From: Dermatophilaceae bacterium
Lineage (GTDB): Bacteria; Actinomycetota; Actinomycetes; Actinomycetales; Dermatophilaceae
Assembly: GCA_035448065.1 (NCBI GenBank)
Contig: DAOTIG010000002.1
Span: 234 to 64,233 of the forward strand
DNA length: 64,000 bases
Direction: 5' to 3'
Shown here in pieces: positions 62,910-64,000 of the stretch (position 1 is its first letter; every line of letters begins with the position of its first letter). A program made the position numbers and the translations under genes. The notes beneath the pieces are model-generated. The model saw only the letters and a list, made by a program, of their open reading frames with translations, was not told the DNA's origin and ran no database searches.

Positions 62910-63899
62910 GTGAGCTTCCAGGGGGCCGACACCGAGGGCATGCGGACCTGCGCGAGAGAGCTGCGTGCGGGTGGCACTGAGCTCGACACCCTCGGCGCTC
63001 GGCTCAGCGAGGCGGTGACCGGGCTGCCCTGGCAGGGGGCCGACGCGGCCCGCGGCCGGGCCCGCTGGGAGCAGACCGACCGGCCACGGCTGCAGCAGAC
63101 GGCCGAGCTGCTCCGGGCCGCAGCAGAGCTGCTCACCCGCGAGGCCGAGCAGCAGGATGCCGCCTCCAGCGACGGCGGTGGCGCTGTAGGCGCCGGGGCG
63201 CTCACCACGGCCGGCCCGACCGGGCCGGCGCGCAGCGCCGACCCGGGATCCCAGGCGAGCAGCGCGGGCGCGGGCGGCATACCGGCTGGTGCCACGGCGG
63301 ACCCGCCCCGGTCGCTCTGGGAGCGCGCCCGCGAGACCGCGGCCAGGGTCGCCGACGGCCCGGTGGGCGACGCCCTGGGCGCGATGGGCGACGGCATCGA
63401 CAGCGTGCTGGTCGCCGATGCGGTGGCGGTGGGCGGGCAGTACGCCAATCAGCTGGGGCCGACCGCGACGGTGCTCTGGGAGCAGGCCGAGGCGGTCCAT
63501 CTGCCCGGCGGGCTGAGCACGCTCGCCACCGGCATCGGCTATCTCACGACCGGCCTCGACGGGCTCTCGGCCTGGCAGGCGGCCGCCGAGGGCCGCTGGG
63601 ACGGCGCCGTGGAGAAGGGCGTCGCGGCCGGGATCGGCGTGTGGGGGATCGCCGGTGGCGGGCTGCCGGCCGCGGGTGCCGGGCTGGCCTGGGGTGCCGG
63701 CTGGGAGACCGGCGACTGGGCGCGGACCGGCCCGCTGGAGAAGATCGGCTGGAACGACGCCTACCAGAGGGTGATGGCGCCGATGTTCGAGCGCTACGGC
63801 GACTGGGCCCTCCTCTACGCCGTGCAGGGCACCGGCGATGCGAGCCGGCTGTGGCTGCTCGAGCGGCTGTTCGGCAAGCCGGTCAACCCCCAGCCCTGA
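62910..63899 (+). CDS. WXG100-like N-terminal domain fused to a Gly/Trp-rich C-terminal domain (T7SS substrate/toxin candidate)
   Basis: GTG at 62910 ((M)SFQGADTEGMRTCARELRAGGTELDTLGARLSEAVTGLPWQGADAARGRARWEQ). The C-terminus is GIGVWGIAGGGLPAAGAGLAWGAGWETGDW. The track start is 62874. Confidence 0.55.
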   Translation: MSFQGADTEGMRTCARELRAGGTELDTLGARLSEAVTGLPWQGADAARGRARWEQTDRPRLQQTAELLRAAAELLTREAEQQDAASSDGGGAVGAGALTTAGPTGPARSADPGSQASSAGAGGIPAGATADPPRSLWERARETAARVADGPVGDALGAMGDGIDSVLVADAVAVGGQYANQLGPTATVLWEQAEAVHLPGGLSTLATGIGYLTTGLDGLSAWQAAAEGRWDGAVEKGVAAGIGVWGIAGGGLPAAGAGLAWGAGWETGDWARTGPLEKIGWNDAYQRVMAPMFERYGDWALLYAVQGTGDASRLWLLERLFGKPVNPQP

Positions 63900-63919
63900 C
63901 CGACGAAGCAGGTGCCGGG

Positions 63920-64000
63920 TCAGCCGCGGACGCGCAGTGAGCGAGGGTCGTAGCGGGGGCGCAGCGAGCAGGTCACCGGATGGCGCCGCCCGGCGACATC
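63920..64000 (-). CDS. 3' end of an unidentified gene entering from the right edge
   Basis: Own translation gives ...DVAGRRHPVTCSLRPRYDPRSLRVRG*, with high GC3. It is too short to name. Confidence 0.3.
   Translation of the reverse strand, partial: DVAGRRHPVTCSLRPRYDPRSLRVRG

Overview
High-GC (about 70% G+C by eye) actinobacterial chromosomal segment with about 60 protein genes and one tRNA-Gly(CCC). I saw no rRNA, CRISPR array, transposase or integrase.

Backbone genes: cysE-cysK; a Rv0338c-like membrane Fe-S reductase; a DrrAB-like ABC-2 exporter; a four-gene glycine-betaine-type ABC importer; dcd; glycerate kinase / aminotransferase / 2-hydroxyacid dehydrogenase; rtcB and exonuclease III; a FadE5-like acyl-CoA dehydrogenase; CopD/CtaG; MarR-MFS; branched-chain 2-oxoacid dehydrogenase E1a/E1b/E2; a roughly 1190-aa indolepyruvate:ferredoxin oxidoreductase-like fusion; and a HisC-like aminotransferase.

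Regions worth a second look:
1. An eight-gene circular-bacteriocin-like locus at 40996-46698. A LuxR regulator and a small secreted-peptide gene lie next to it.
2. A five-gene, translationally coupled operon at 29477-33546: a small helical YxxxE protein, a DUF1023-type alpha/beta hydrolase, then three tandem paralogous lipoproteins. This looks like a T7SS-style effector/immunity module.
3. Two inverted copies of a 59-bp hairpin-plus-palindrome element bracket rtcB. Each copy abuts the start codon of an outward-facing gene.
4. A LanC-like / cytoplasmic S8 protease / ECF sigma / small ORF / TPR-CHAT protease cluster at the left edge.
5. The 9-mer GTATGCCGC/GCGGCATAC (extended form CCGGTATGCCGCG) occurs about 65 times, against about 1 expected from composition. 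It lies in coding and non-coding DNA on both strands, and is sometimes paired into terminator-like hairpins.

Many long ORFs in the supplied track are antisense or out-of-frame artefacts of high GC. Several real genes start well inside the listed ORFs.
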